IMG/VR virus record: IMGVR_UViG_3300032174_000002
Span: 1 to 64,000 of that record
Strand: one strand, 5' to 3'
DNA: 64,000 bases
Source: a virus
Below the pieces are notes generated by a model. That model was given only the letters and a program-made list of their open reading frames with translations, ran no database searches and had not been told where the DNA came from. Each line of letters starts with the position of its first letter. The stretch's first letter is position 1. Positions 27,183 to 34,959 of the stretch are shown here, piece by piece. Made by a program: the position numbers and the translations under genes.

Positions 27183-27808
27183 GGTGCGCCTCGGTAGTTG
27201 ATGACCTTCTGGTGGCGGGCACCGTCGAGCAATCCGATCGTGCTGGCGAACCGCGTCACGCTGGTGCCGTCGAAGGAGTCAGCCCCGGCGAGTTGGCACA
27301 GCCAGATGCGCCGAGCCGTGTTCACGCGCCCGACGTGGAGATGGCAGCCGCGTTTCCGCGCCAGGTCGCCCCAGGCCGGAAGCGTGCGCTCCTTCCATCC
27401 GGTGTCACCCCCGACGAAGATGCCGACGTTCGCCGAGAGGAGCGGCGCCACGTCCTGCGGCTCCATCCCGTTCTGCACCGGGACGAGCCGCCTGCCTCCG
27501 AAACGTTCGAGGCGCGGCAGCCACGACTCGGACAGCCGCAGCGAAGTGAGGCCGCCGCATACGATGTCGGGCGCCACCACGAAATCCGCCCCGGCACCGA
27601 GCAGGTCGAGCGCTCGCGAGAAGGCTCCGGCGTCGAACGGTTCGCCGCGCTGGAAGGCGGTCCAGGCCCCGTTGTCGAGGGCGTACCTCGCGAAGCCCTC
27701 CGTTCGTAGCGCACCGGTCGCCGACACCATCAGGCCCCAGCCGCACTCGCGGAGCACCGCGAGATTCCTGGCTGTGCCGGTGCGGGAGGCGTAGGGCATG
27801 AGCGCCAC
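27179..27808 (-). CDS. DpdA-like (TGT-fold) deazaguanine DNA transglycosylase
   Basis: ALDNGAW, PDIVCGG, VQNG, FVGG, HVGRVN, GADSFDGTS; translationally coupled to queC. Confidence 0.72.
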   Translation of the reverse strand: MALMPYASRTGTARNLAVLRECGWGLMVSATGALRTEGFARYALDNGAWTAFQRGEPFDAGAFSRALDLLGAGADFVVAPDIVCGGLTSLRLSESWLPRLERFGGRRLVPVQNGMEPQDVAPLLSANVGIFVGGDTGWKERTLPAWGDLARKRGCHLHVGRVNTARRIWLCQLAGADSFDGTSVTRFASTIGLLDGARHQKVINYRGAP

Positions 27809-28288
27809 CTACTCGCCCCCTTCCGGCGGCGGCAGCTTCATCTTCCCGAGCAGCCGCCCGGCCTTGGCGAACGCCACCCGCAGCCGATCGAGGTCCTCGG
27901 CCTGGTCGGCTTCGTAGGCTTCCCGGAGGAGCAGCAGCCCGTCCACCGCGACGGCTACGATCTCGTCCGGGGAGGGGAGGGGAGGTTCGAGGCCGAGCAG
28001 CTCGGCCAGAGCGGTCACAGCGCCGGCGGCGTCTCGCCAAGCAGGGATGCGCTCGTGGGCAGCGGCTAGAATCTCCCCGACCGGGCAACCGCTCCACTGC
28101 GCACCCTTGACACTCAGGAGCGCGCCGATCTGGTACACGATGTCGCCGGAGAGCTTCCCCGCGATCTGCGCTTTCTCCATCTCCTCGCGCGATTCCTCCC
28201 AGGCCCATCGGGCGACATCGCGGGCCTCTGCGCCGACCCGCTTTGCATCCTCGCCAGCGCTCGTGACCCACCACTCATCGAAGGTCAT
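27809..28288 (-). CDS. Hypothetical protein
   Basis: MTFDEWW...ARWAWEE. Confidence 0.55.
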   Translation of the reverse strand: MTFDEWWVTSAGEDAKRVGAEARDVARWAWEESREEMEKAQIAGKLSGDIVYQIGALLSVKGAQWSGCPVGEILAAAHERIPAWRDAAGAVTALAELLGLEPPLPSPDEIVAVAVDGLLLLREAYEADQAEDLDRLRVAFAKAGRLLGKMKLPPPEGGE

Positions 28289-28647
28289 CGGACGCCCCAC
28301 CCGAGACCCTTGACCGCCCGCACGCTCGGCGCCAAGGCCAGGTAGTAGTGGTCATCCGCCGGGCGCCCTGTCGCTTCTTGGTAGAACTCGTACGCCGCCC
28401 GGGCGAAGCAGAACGAGCAGCATCCAGGCTCGGCCCAGCCACAGACCAACTGCTCGGAGTGGCTCCCGTCGAGCGTGGTCACCTCGACGACGCAGGCACG
28501 ATCCTGGGTGCAGCCGCAGCAGTAACACGCCGGCCGCGTGCAGACCGGGCAGCGGAAGCCGTTGTCGGCTGCGGAGCTCGCCTGGAGGACGGTGCCGCAG
28601 CCCTGGCAGGGGACAGGGAGCGGGTGGAAGGGGAGGGGAGCGGTCAC
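28285..28647 (-). CDS. Cys-rich zinc-binding protein
   Basis: CQGC, CPVC, CYCCGCTQDRAC, CCSFC. Confidence 0.55.
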   Translation of the reverse strand: MTAPLPFHPLPVPCQGCGTVLQASSAADNGFRCPVCTRPACYCCGCTQDRACVVEVTTLDGSHSEQLVCGWAEPGCCSFCFARAAYEFYQEATGRPADDHYYLALAPSVRAVKGLGWGVR

Positions 28648-29000
28648 CGCTGCGCCTCCACGGCGGCCTGGTCCTGAATGGCGACGAAGGAGACGGCGAT
28701 GGCTTCGTCCTCGGTCAGCAGCCCCCGCTGAGCGTCATCGAAGATGTCCGAGAACCGCTGCGCCAGTTCCGCCCGCAACGCCGGCTGCGGCCCGCGGCGC
28801 TCGACGGCCAGCTGCCAGCCGCGGCAGGGTTCGCCCTCGCGCTGCGCCTCGTGGCAGCAGAACGTCTCGCCGGACAGGACGCAGAGCATGGCCACCAGGC
28901 GCGTGTCCTCGGAGAGCGAGGCCGGCGTCCCGCGGCGGAAGGCGCAGGTGGCGCAGCGCTCCGTAGTGCTGGCTCCCGGCGACGCCGGCTGGTCAGGCAT
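28644..29000 (-). CDS. Cys-rich hypothetical protein
   Basis: CATCAFRRG...FCCH...CRGW. Confidence 0.6.
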   Translation of the reverse strand: MPDQPASPGASTTERCATCAFRRGTPASLSEDTRLVAMLCVLSGETFCCHEAQREGEPCRGWQLAVERRGPQPALRAELAQRFSDIFDDAQRGLLTEDEAIAVSFVAIQDQAAVEAQR

Positions 29001-29443
29001 GCGCTCTCTCCCGCTCGACCGCGACGTCGAGCCAGCCGACGTCCGGGTCCTGCCGTAGCCGCTTCTCCCAAGCTCGGTGCAGGCCGGGGTCCGCCGCGCA
29101 GGCTTGGAGGTAGGCCTGCTGCAAGACGGCGCCGAGTTGGCGCCAGGCGGCGATCTCCTCGCGTGTCGCCTCGACGAGACGACGGGTCGCCGCGGCGAGC
29201 GGGGATTCGAGGAGGGCGGTCACGGCGTCCGCTCCCATCGCTCGGTCGCCGCCTTGCGCGACTGCCGCGCCTTCGGCTGCCGGTGGGCCGGATACCGTGC
29301 TGCCGGGAGGCTGGCGTCCTGGGCGCCGGCGAGGAGGCGCTCGACCTCACGGAGGGCGGCGACGATCTTTGCTGAGCGGCCCGGCGCCGTCACGTGGAGG
29401 GCGTCCACCTCGTCAACCAGCTCCCGCAGTTTCGTGGTGTCCA

Positions 29444-29806
29444 TCACGGCACCGTCACCCAATGTGGAATCTGCTTCCCCTCGGAGATCAGCACCAGCTT
29501 GACGCCGCCCTTCCAGCCGGAGATCTCCCGGAAGTGGCAGACCGCCAGATCCAGGAAGCCGAGGCCGACCGACTTCACCCGCTCGACATCCACCGAAGCT
29601 GAGAAGTGGGTGACCTCGGCGCCCTCGATCAGCTCCCGGGAGACGATCAGCCGGGTGCCGTCCTCGAAGTCGAAGACATGGCGGGGGTCCTTGCCTGGCG
29701 TCTCCCGCTCGCCGCGCTCGATCGCCGCGGCGTCGACCAGCTCGGCGACCGCGGCGGGGTAGCGGCCGGCGAGCAGCGTCGTCGGCTCGGGGCGGATCGG
29801 CAGCAT
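29444..29806 (-). CDS. Hypothetical protein
   Basis: RHVFDFEDGTRLIVSRE...HFSAS. Confidence 0.55.
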   Translation of the reverse strand: MLPIRPEPTTLLAGRYPAAVAELVDAAAIERGERETPGKDPRHVFDFEDGTRLIVSRELIEGAEVTHFSASVDVERVKSVGLGFLDLAVCHFREISGWKGGVKLVLISEGKQIPHWVTVP

Positions 29807-30057
29807 CAGACCCTCTCCGCCCGCTGCTTCAACCGCAGGCCCTCGTACCGCCCGAGAATCTTGGGCGTGCAGGACCGGCGGCCCAACTCGATGTCGGAAA
29901 TGTATGCCGGTGAGAAACCCACCAGGTCCGCGAAGTCGCGCAGGGACAGCTCGGCGCCTTCCCGCTGGCGCCTCAGCCAGGCCGGCCGGACGCGCTTGAT
30001 CTTGCCGGCGCCGCAGCATCTGCCGCACTCCTCCTCGGTGAACTTGGGTTCGGCCAT
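29806..30057 (-). CDS. XRE-family HTH protein
   Basis: LRRQREGAELSLRDFADLVGFSPAYISDIELGRR. Confidence 0.85.
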   Translation of the reverse strand: MAEPKFTEEECGRCCGAGKIKRVRPAWLRRQREGAELSLRDFADLVGFSPAYISDIELGRRSCTPKILGRYEGLRLKQRAERV

Positions 30058-30105
30058 GGCGTGTACGCTAGCATATGCCGCGACGGCCGCGCAACCCATG
30101 TTGTT

Positions 30106-30426
30106 TCACCGGGAGGTTTCACGTGGAACGTCGGAGCCGGCCGTAGGCATCGCCGTCCGCCAGGCGTTCCGCCGCCTCCGCGGCTTGAAGTCCTCGCAGC
30201 ACCCGGAGAGCAGCTGTGGACTGTCCCAGGGCTCGCCCTCCCCGAAGACCACCCACAGCTCGGCGTTGCAGCCAGGACAGCCCGACCAGCCCCAACCCCA
30301 GCGGACCTCGACGTGCCAGCCGCATCGCCGGCAGACCAGCAGCCAGTTGTCGCCGTCGAGCGATGGGCGGCCTTCGGGGCCGTCGTGGGCCGGGACGTCG
30401 AAGCCGGGGTGCCGGCGGGGGTGCAT
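30106..30426 (-). CDS. Cys-rich hypothetical protein
   Basis: CRRCG...CPGC; starts 10 nt after the tRNA-Pro CCA. Confidence 0.4.
   Translation of the reverse strand: MHPRRHPGFDVPAHDGPEGRPSLDGDNWLLVCRRCGWHVEVRWGWGWSGCPGCNAELWVVFGEGEPWDSPQLLSGCCEDFKPRRRRNAWRTAMPTAGSDVPRETSR
30116..30129. promoter_or_regulatory. parS-type palindrome GTTTCACGTGGAAC
   Basis: Matches the 14-bp core of the widespread chromosomal parS consensus (GTTtCACGTGaAAC/GTTCCACGTGGAAC). Confidence 0.7.
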
Positions 30427-30435
30427 CGGAGGTGG

Positions 30436-30513
30436 TGGTCAGCGCGGGAGGATTTGAACCTCCGACCCCTCGCTCCCAGGGCGAGTGCTCCGGCCAAGCT
30501 GAGCTACGCGCTG
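30436..30513 (-). tRNA. tRNA-Pro(UGG) with C33
   Basis: CAGCGCG/CGCGCTG acceptor, A73 CCA, anticodon arm CTCGC-CCTGGGA-GCGAG, T arm GGAGG-TTCAAAT-CCTCC. Confidence 0.9.
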
Positions 30514-30526
30514 ACATTGCCCCTGC

Positions 30527-30720
30527 GCCGTCTTCCCCCGGCGCTTTGACGGGCGGGCCGCCCGGGCCATTTGTCTCACCAGAGTTGCCGACGGGCTATT
30601 ACCCGCCAGACAAGCACCGCGAATCGAACGCGGCTCCCTTCGCTCCAGCCCTCGGCCAGCGAGACGGATACGAGCCGTCCCTACCTCGGCCCCGCGCGGC
30701 GGGACTCAGGAAGAGGCGGC
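30527..30720 (-). ncRNA. Putative structured ncRNA between tRNA-Trp and tRNA-Pro
   Basis: Ends pair (GCCG-CC-UCUUCC with GGAAGACGGC); two T-arm-like hairpins; UUGUCU/AGACAA helix. Confidence 0.5.
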
Positions 30721-30796
30721 TGGCGGGACCGGCAGGAATCGAACCTGCCCGCGGGGTTTTGGAGACCCTGCCGCCGGCCTTGGGTCATGCGATCCC
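30721..30796 (-). tRNA. tRNA-Trp(CCA) with atypical D arm
   Basis: GGGATCG/CGGTCCC acceptor, G73 CCA, loop CTCCAAA, T arm GCAGG-TTCGATT-CCTGC. Confidence 0.8.
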
Positions 30797-30798
30797 GA

Positions 30799-30876
30799 TG
30801 GTTGCGCGGGCCCGAGTCGAACGGGCGACCTGTAGGTTATGAGCCTACCGAGCTTCCACGGCTGCTCCACCGCGCA
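30799..30876 (-). tRNA. tRNA-Met(CAU), initiator-like
   Basis: TGCGCGG/CCGCGCA acceptor, GAGC/GCTC D stem (A11-U24), GTAGG-CTCATAA-CCTAC, T arm GCCCG-TTCGACT-CGGGC, CCA. Confidence 0.9.
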
Positions 30877-30885
30877 GGCTGAAGT

Positions 30886-31686
30886 CTACAGCATCCAGGG
30901 CTGCTCGGGGACCGCTGATGCTGCGACCGACGCCGGCGCCACGCCCTCGCGCTTCTCCGCCGCCCGCGCCTGCTCGACCGCCACGGCAAACGCCTCCGGG
31001 TGCTGGTCCTGCGCCAGGACGACGCCCGGCCGGCGCACCCACCGGCCCTTGACCTCGCCCGGCACGAGCCAGTGGTGGTACCACCGCGATGGTGCCATGT
31101 CGAAGTGGCGAAGGTCGGCGATGGTCACCCAGCCCCGGACCTCGAGGAGAGCCAGGAGCCGCAATGCCCGCACCTTCCATTCGGTGAGGCGGATCGGGGA
31201 CGAGACGCCGGCGGGGACGGTCGGAACGACGGGGGGAAGCCAGGCCGGCTGCTCGAAGTGCTGCGGCGGCCAATGCTCGAGCAGGACCTCGAGGGCGGGC
31301 CAGACGATGCGCTCCGGCTCGCCGACGACGACATCGCCGCGGCGGGACTCCCAGCCGCTGCGGACCCGCGGCGCGATCACCCGGAAGCCGTAGCCCTCCG
31401 CGACGGTCTCGAGGTCCCCGTCATGCTCCGGCACCAACAGCCCGATGAACTGCGGGCCGAAGGTCCGCGGCGCCCAGCCCCTCAGCCCGGCGCGCTCGAC
31501 CGCCTGCGCCACCAGGTGCAGGTTCGCCCGCAGCTTCGCCTCGATCCCGATCTGCACCTCGCCCTTGACGAGCAGGAGATCCCAGCCGCTCGTCTCCGGG
31601 TACGGAACCCAGCCCTGCTCACGGCAGGCGGCGGCGAAGCTCTGGCAGAGGAGGAACTCGGAGGCGAAGAGGGGGGAGCGCTTCAT
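30886..31686 (-). CDS. PD-(D/E)XK nuclease-fold protein
   Basis: YPETSGWDLLLVKGEVQIGIEAKL. Confidence 0.65.
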   Translation of the reverse strand: MKRSPLFASEFLLCQSFAAACREQGWVPYPETSGWDLLLVKGEVQIGIEAKLRANLHLVAQAVERAGLRGWAPRTFGPQFIGLLVPEHDGDLETVAEGYGFRVIAPRVRSGWESRRGDVVVGEPERIVWPALEVLLEHWPPQHFEQPAWLPPVVPTVPAGVSSPIRLTEWKVRALRLLALLEVRGWVTIADLRHFDMAPSRWYHHWLVPGEVKGRWVRRPGVVLAQDQHPEAFAVAVEQARAAEKREGVAPASVAASAVPEQPWML

Positions 31687-32042
31687 GGGCGCCGAGGCCC
31701 CTTGAACAGCTCCTGTTGGACGGCGGGCGCCCTGGCGCTCCATGTCGCCGCATGAACCGGACAGAGATCGTAGTCCTCCCCGATCACCGTCCGGCAGCAC
31801 CAGCACAGCGGAAGATCGCACGTCTTCCCGCCGCCCACAGGCTGATCGCAAAGGAAGTCGGCCGAATGGCCGCACCGGCAGACCGGCTCCGGCTTGATCT
31901 TGCCGCAGATGAAAACCGGCCCCTCGAATCGCGGCATCAAGCGAGTCTCGGCCTCCGGGATCGGGATCTGCCCGGCGGCGCGGGTCACGTCCGCCAACGT
32001 CTCGACCGGCGCGGACGGGCAGGGGAAGTAGACGCAGGACAT
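31683..32042 (-). CDS. Cys-rich zinc-finger protein
   Basis: CRCGH..DFLCD...TCDLPLC..C...LCPVH. Confidence 0.6.
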   Translation of the reverse strand: MSCVYFPCPSAPVETLADVTRAAGQIPIPEAETRLMPRFEGPVFICGKIKPEPVCRCGHSADFLCDQPVGGGKTCDLPLCWCCRTVIGEDYDLCPVHAATWSARAPAVQQELFKGPRRP

Positions 32043-32051
32043 GGCGGGAAT

Positions 32052-32121
32052 GGCCGGCCCGGTTTCAGGGCTGGAGTCGAACCAGCGGGCGCCCACTCCC
32101 GGGTCCCTTCCGGCACCGGCC
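32052..32121 (-). ncRNA. T-arm-containing leader RNA
   Basis: GCTGG-TTCGACT-CCAGC (32070-32086) inside an ~11-bp closing stem, 8 nt downstream of TATAAT (32129-32134). Confidence 0.45.
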
Positions 32122-32129
32122 GAAGGCGA

Positions 32130-32510
32130 TTATATCCGATCCCCCCGCGCCCGATTTCGTGGGCCTTTCTGTCCCGCCTCGTGTCCATGCCATCCCTCGC
32201 TGCCGCATGCACTTGCGGCCGTTCTGTCCGCTTCCGTGTCCCGCCTGACGTCCAGGAACTCGGCGCACGCCAGCGCCTGGTCCGCGCACTGCCGGCAGTG
32301 GCAGAGGTGCTCGAGGACGCCGCGAGCTCGCCACCGCCAGGCGAGCCGCGGCCGGTGGCTGAGGTGGGCGATGAGCAGCGCGGGGGCCGGGTGCCAGCCG
32401 GGGTCCGGCGGATCGGAGCGACCGGCAAAGCGCGGGCCTCCGCGCCAGTATCGCCGGGCAAGACTGGCGCAGGCGGCGCGGATGAGGGAGTCGAGCTCGG
32501 GAGCGTCCAT
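32130..32510 (-). CDS. Hypothetical protein with an anti-sigma-type HxxxCxxC motif
   Basis: LEHLCHCRQCA. Confidence 0.45.
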   Translation of the reverse strand: MDAPELDSLIRAACASLARRYWRGGPRFAGRSDPPDPGWHPAPALLIAHLSHRPRLAWRWRARGVLEHLCHCRQCADQALACAEFLDVRRDTEADRTAASACGSEGWHGHEAGQKGPRNRARGDRI

Positions 32511-32556
32511 GCCAGGCAAAGACACCGCTGCTGGCGGATTGTTTAGACAGGGGGAC

Positions 32557-32585
32557 TTGACGTTTGCGCAGCGCTGGTGTAACGT
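32557..32585 (+). promoter_or_regulatory. sigma70 promoter, probably leaderless
   Basis: TTGACG-N17-TAACGT; ATG 7 nt downstream at 32592. Confidence 0.7.
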
Positions 32586-32591
32586 ACCGAC

Positions 32592-32786
32592 ATGGCCACC
32601 AACCGCGACACCCATTCACACTTCTGCCCACACTGCTCGCAGCATGTACAGTGCCCGACGACCGAGCACGGCGGCCCGTGCCTCACCCCGCCGCATGTGG
32701 CGATGACCTGCAACCCGTGCGCGGAGCGGATGGTCTGGCCGGCGATCGCCGCCGCGGCCGCTCGCCGCCAGCCCGCAACCACCTGA
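32592..32786 (+). CDS. Small Cys/His-rich protein
   Basis: HFCPHC..HVQC...C...CNPC. Confidence 0.55.
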   Translation: MATNRDTHSHFCPHCSQHVQCPTTEHGGPCLTPPHVAMTCNPCAERMVWPAIAAAAARRQPATT

Positions 32787-32814
32787 CCCAGCCCGAGAGG
32801 CCGGAGGGACCGAC

Positions 32815-33402
32815 ATGGACGCATATCGCTACGAGGTGAAGTACTTCGACGCCGAGCTGAGCAGGCAGGGGAGGGGCGGCGTGCGCGTCCGCTCCTTCAC
32901 CAGCTACGATGCGGCGGCCACGTTTGCCGCCGCGAACAAGCTCTACGCCCAGCCCTGCACCGTGTTCGACCGGCAAGAGTTGGCGGCGGGCACCAGCTTC
33001 GAGGCCTCCTCGCCCTGCCAGCTCGGCGGCGACCTGGTGGCGCTGGCGCAGCGCTACGCCCCGGCGCTCCCGAAGGAGGTGCGCGCCATCCTGATGCTGG
33101 CGGCCCGGATCTACCAGGAGTCGGGCGAGCCCGACCTGTCGATCCGCTGCCAGGAGACGGCGGCCGGGATCAAGGAGGCGACTGCGCTGCCGAGGTCACG
33201 GCCGTTCGTCCCGAGCGCGGCCGCGGCGGAGCGCCGGCGCGTCGCCGATCCGTCCTATGTCCCGACGCTCGACGAGGCGCTCCGGCATCCCGACGCTTTC
33301 GTCGAGGGGATGATCGAGACCGCCGGCGAGGTGCGCCTCGGTGCCGGCCGCTGCCCGGCGAGCTTGCTGGCGCCGGTTACACCGCGCGGGAACCGCCGGT
33401 GA
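32815..33402 (+). CDS. Hypothetical protein
   Basis: GGAGGG RBS, 195 aa. Confidence 0.6.
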   Translation: MDAYRYEVKYFDAELSRQGRGGVRVRSFTSYDAAATFAAANKLYAQPCTVFDRQELAAGTSFEASSPCQLGGDLVALAQRYAPALPKEVRAILMLAARIYQESGEPDLSIRCQETAAGIKEATALPRSRPFVPSAAAAERRRVADPSYVPTLDEALRHPDAFVEGMIETAGEVRLGAGRCPASLLAPVTPRGNRR

Positions 33403-33885
33403 TCCTCTACCACGGCGAGCGCCGCACCCCGAAGGAACTCGCGGCCATCCTGGTCAGGGAGAAGCTCGAGGAGCTACCGGCCGACTGGACGCCGGAGAAC
33501 ATCCCAGGCGAGCAGCCGACGCCGGGCGAGCGCCTGGCGGTCATCGAGCAGATCGCCAAGTACCGGGCGCGCTTCTACAAGATCCTGTCGGTCATGGACG
33601 GCGAGGAGCCGGCGGACCTCGGCGCCGCTGGTCAGGTGCTGCGCGACATCCTGGAGCCGCGGTCATGAGCGCCGCCTATCACTGCGACGCCTGCGGCAAG
33701 CTCGCCGAGCCCACGGATATCGTCTCCTTCGAGAATGTGGACACCTGGAAGAACGAGACGGATGGCGAGGCGTCCTGGAGCCGTATCGACATCTGCCGCG
33801 CCTGCTGGCCTCGCCCCTTCGGCGAGGTGCTCCAGGCGGCCTGCATCGGCTTCGACAAGAGGGCGCCGAGGAAGAAGGCGCGGTC

Positions 33886-34266
33886 ATGACCGCCCTCCGC
33901 TGGATTGGCCTCGGCATCCTGGCCTACGGCTTCCTGTGCTTCGAGTTGGGAGTCTGGTGCGGCAGCCGCCGGTTCGAGGCTCAGACTCGGGAGTTGCGCG
34001 CGAAGGCTGCGCGGGTGGCACGGAGGCTGGCCCCACTTCTGCTCCTGTCCGTGTTGCCGGCGGCTGGCTGCGGTCCGATCGCTACGCCGCCAGATCGCGG
34101 CGCCGCAGCGGTCAGCGCCCTCGCTTACGTCCGCGACGACAGATCCAATCTCTGTTTCGCGGTGGTCACCAGCAACAGCTTCGGCGGCTGGATGATCACG
34201 TCGATCGCCGGCATTCCCTGCACCCCTGAAGTGATGCGGCTGGTCGGCCGCGGGAGCATCCAATGA
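33886..34266 (+). CDS. Membrane/lipoprotein-like protein
   Basis: N-terminal TM, internal LPAAGC lipobox-like motif, YVRDDRSNLCFA. Confidence 0.5.
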   Translation: MTALRWIGLGILAYGFLCFELGVWCGSRRFEAQTRELRAKAARVARRLAPLLLLSVLPAAGCGPIATPPDRGAAAVSALAYVRDDRSNLCFAVVTSNSFGGWMITSIAGIPCTPEVMRLVGRGSIQ

Positions 34267-34449
34267 GAAACGCAAGGAAGCAGCGCGAAGCGCGGCGAGC
34301 GCGGACGCGGCAGCAAAACGCGCAGCTCGAAGGTGACGGCGCCCTACGGGACACCATCGAGGCGCCCTCGCATGAGTCGCCGGACGAGCCCTACGATTTT
34401 GCCGCCGACGACCTGGCCTTCGACGCCGCCAGGGAGAGGAGCATGGGCC

Positions 34450-34959
34450 ATGGCCGCTCCCGCGATTGAGACCATCCTGTCGCAGATCCGCAACCTCGAG
34501 CACGCCGCCTACCGCGCGGCGGCTGCGGCCTGCCAGACCGCCCGGCTCCACGTCGGGACCGCCGAGCGCCGATGGGAGAGGACCGAGCGCGAGCAGATCG
34601 AGCGCCGGGAGCTGGGCCTCCGCGCTGGCCAGATCGAGACCTTGCGCCGGAAACTCGCCCGGATCGAGGCGCGACTCCATGCAGCCGTCGCTCCCTGCGC
34701 CTCGTGTGGCGAGGACGCACCGGCCGGCGCCACCATCTGCCCCGAGTGCGGCGCCGATCCGGCCGCCAAGACAGCCGCCTGCTCCAACTGTGAGGGGACC
34801 GCCGAGTACGAGCGCCAGACCGGCAGGGCACCCTGGCTGACCGTGACGGAACCTTGCCGACACTGCACCGATGGCCAGGTCGAGGCTCCCTTCCTACTCG
34901 AACGGGTGCGGGCTCTCGGGGAGCCGTGGGCGATGGAAGCGGCGGGAGGGCCGCGATGA
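34450..34959 (+). CDS. Coiled-coil plus zinc-ribbon protein
   Basis: CASCG...CPECG, CSNC, CRHC. Confidence 0.6.
   Translation: MAAPAIETILSQIRNLEHAAYRAAAAACQTARLHVGTAERRWERTEREQIERRELGLRAGQIETLRRKLARIEARLHAAVAPCASCGEDAPAGATICPECGADPAAKTAACSNCEGTAEYERQTGRAPWLTVTEPCRHCTDGQVEAPFLLERVRALGEPWAMEAAGGPR

Noticed and set aside
30527-30720. Fourth tRNA, tmRNA or 6S RNA
   Set aside because: No acceptor stem with CCA, no tag ORF, and multibranched rather than rod-like
30436-30876. tRNAs as an attachment site or prophage boundary
   Set aside because: Phage genes continue on both sides; no duplicated tRNA 3' end or integrase seen
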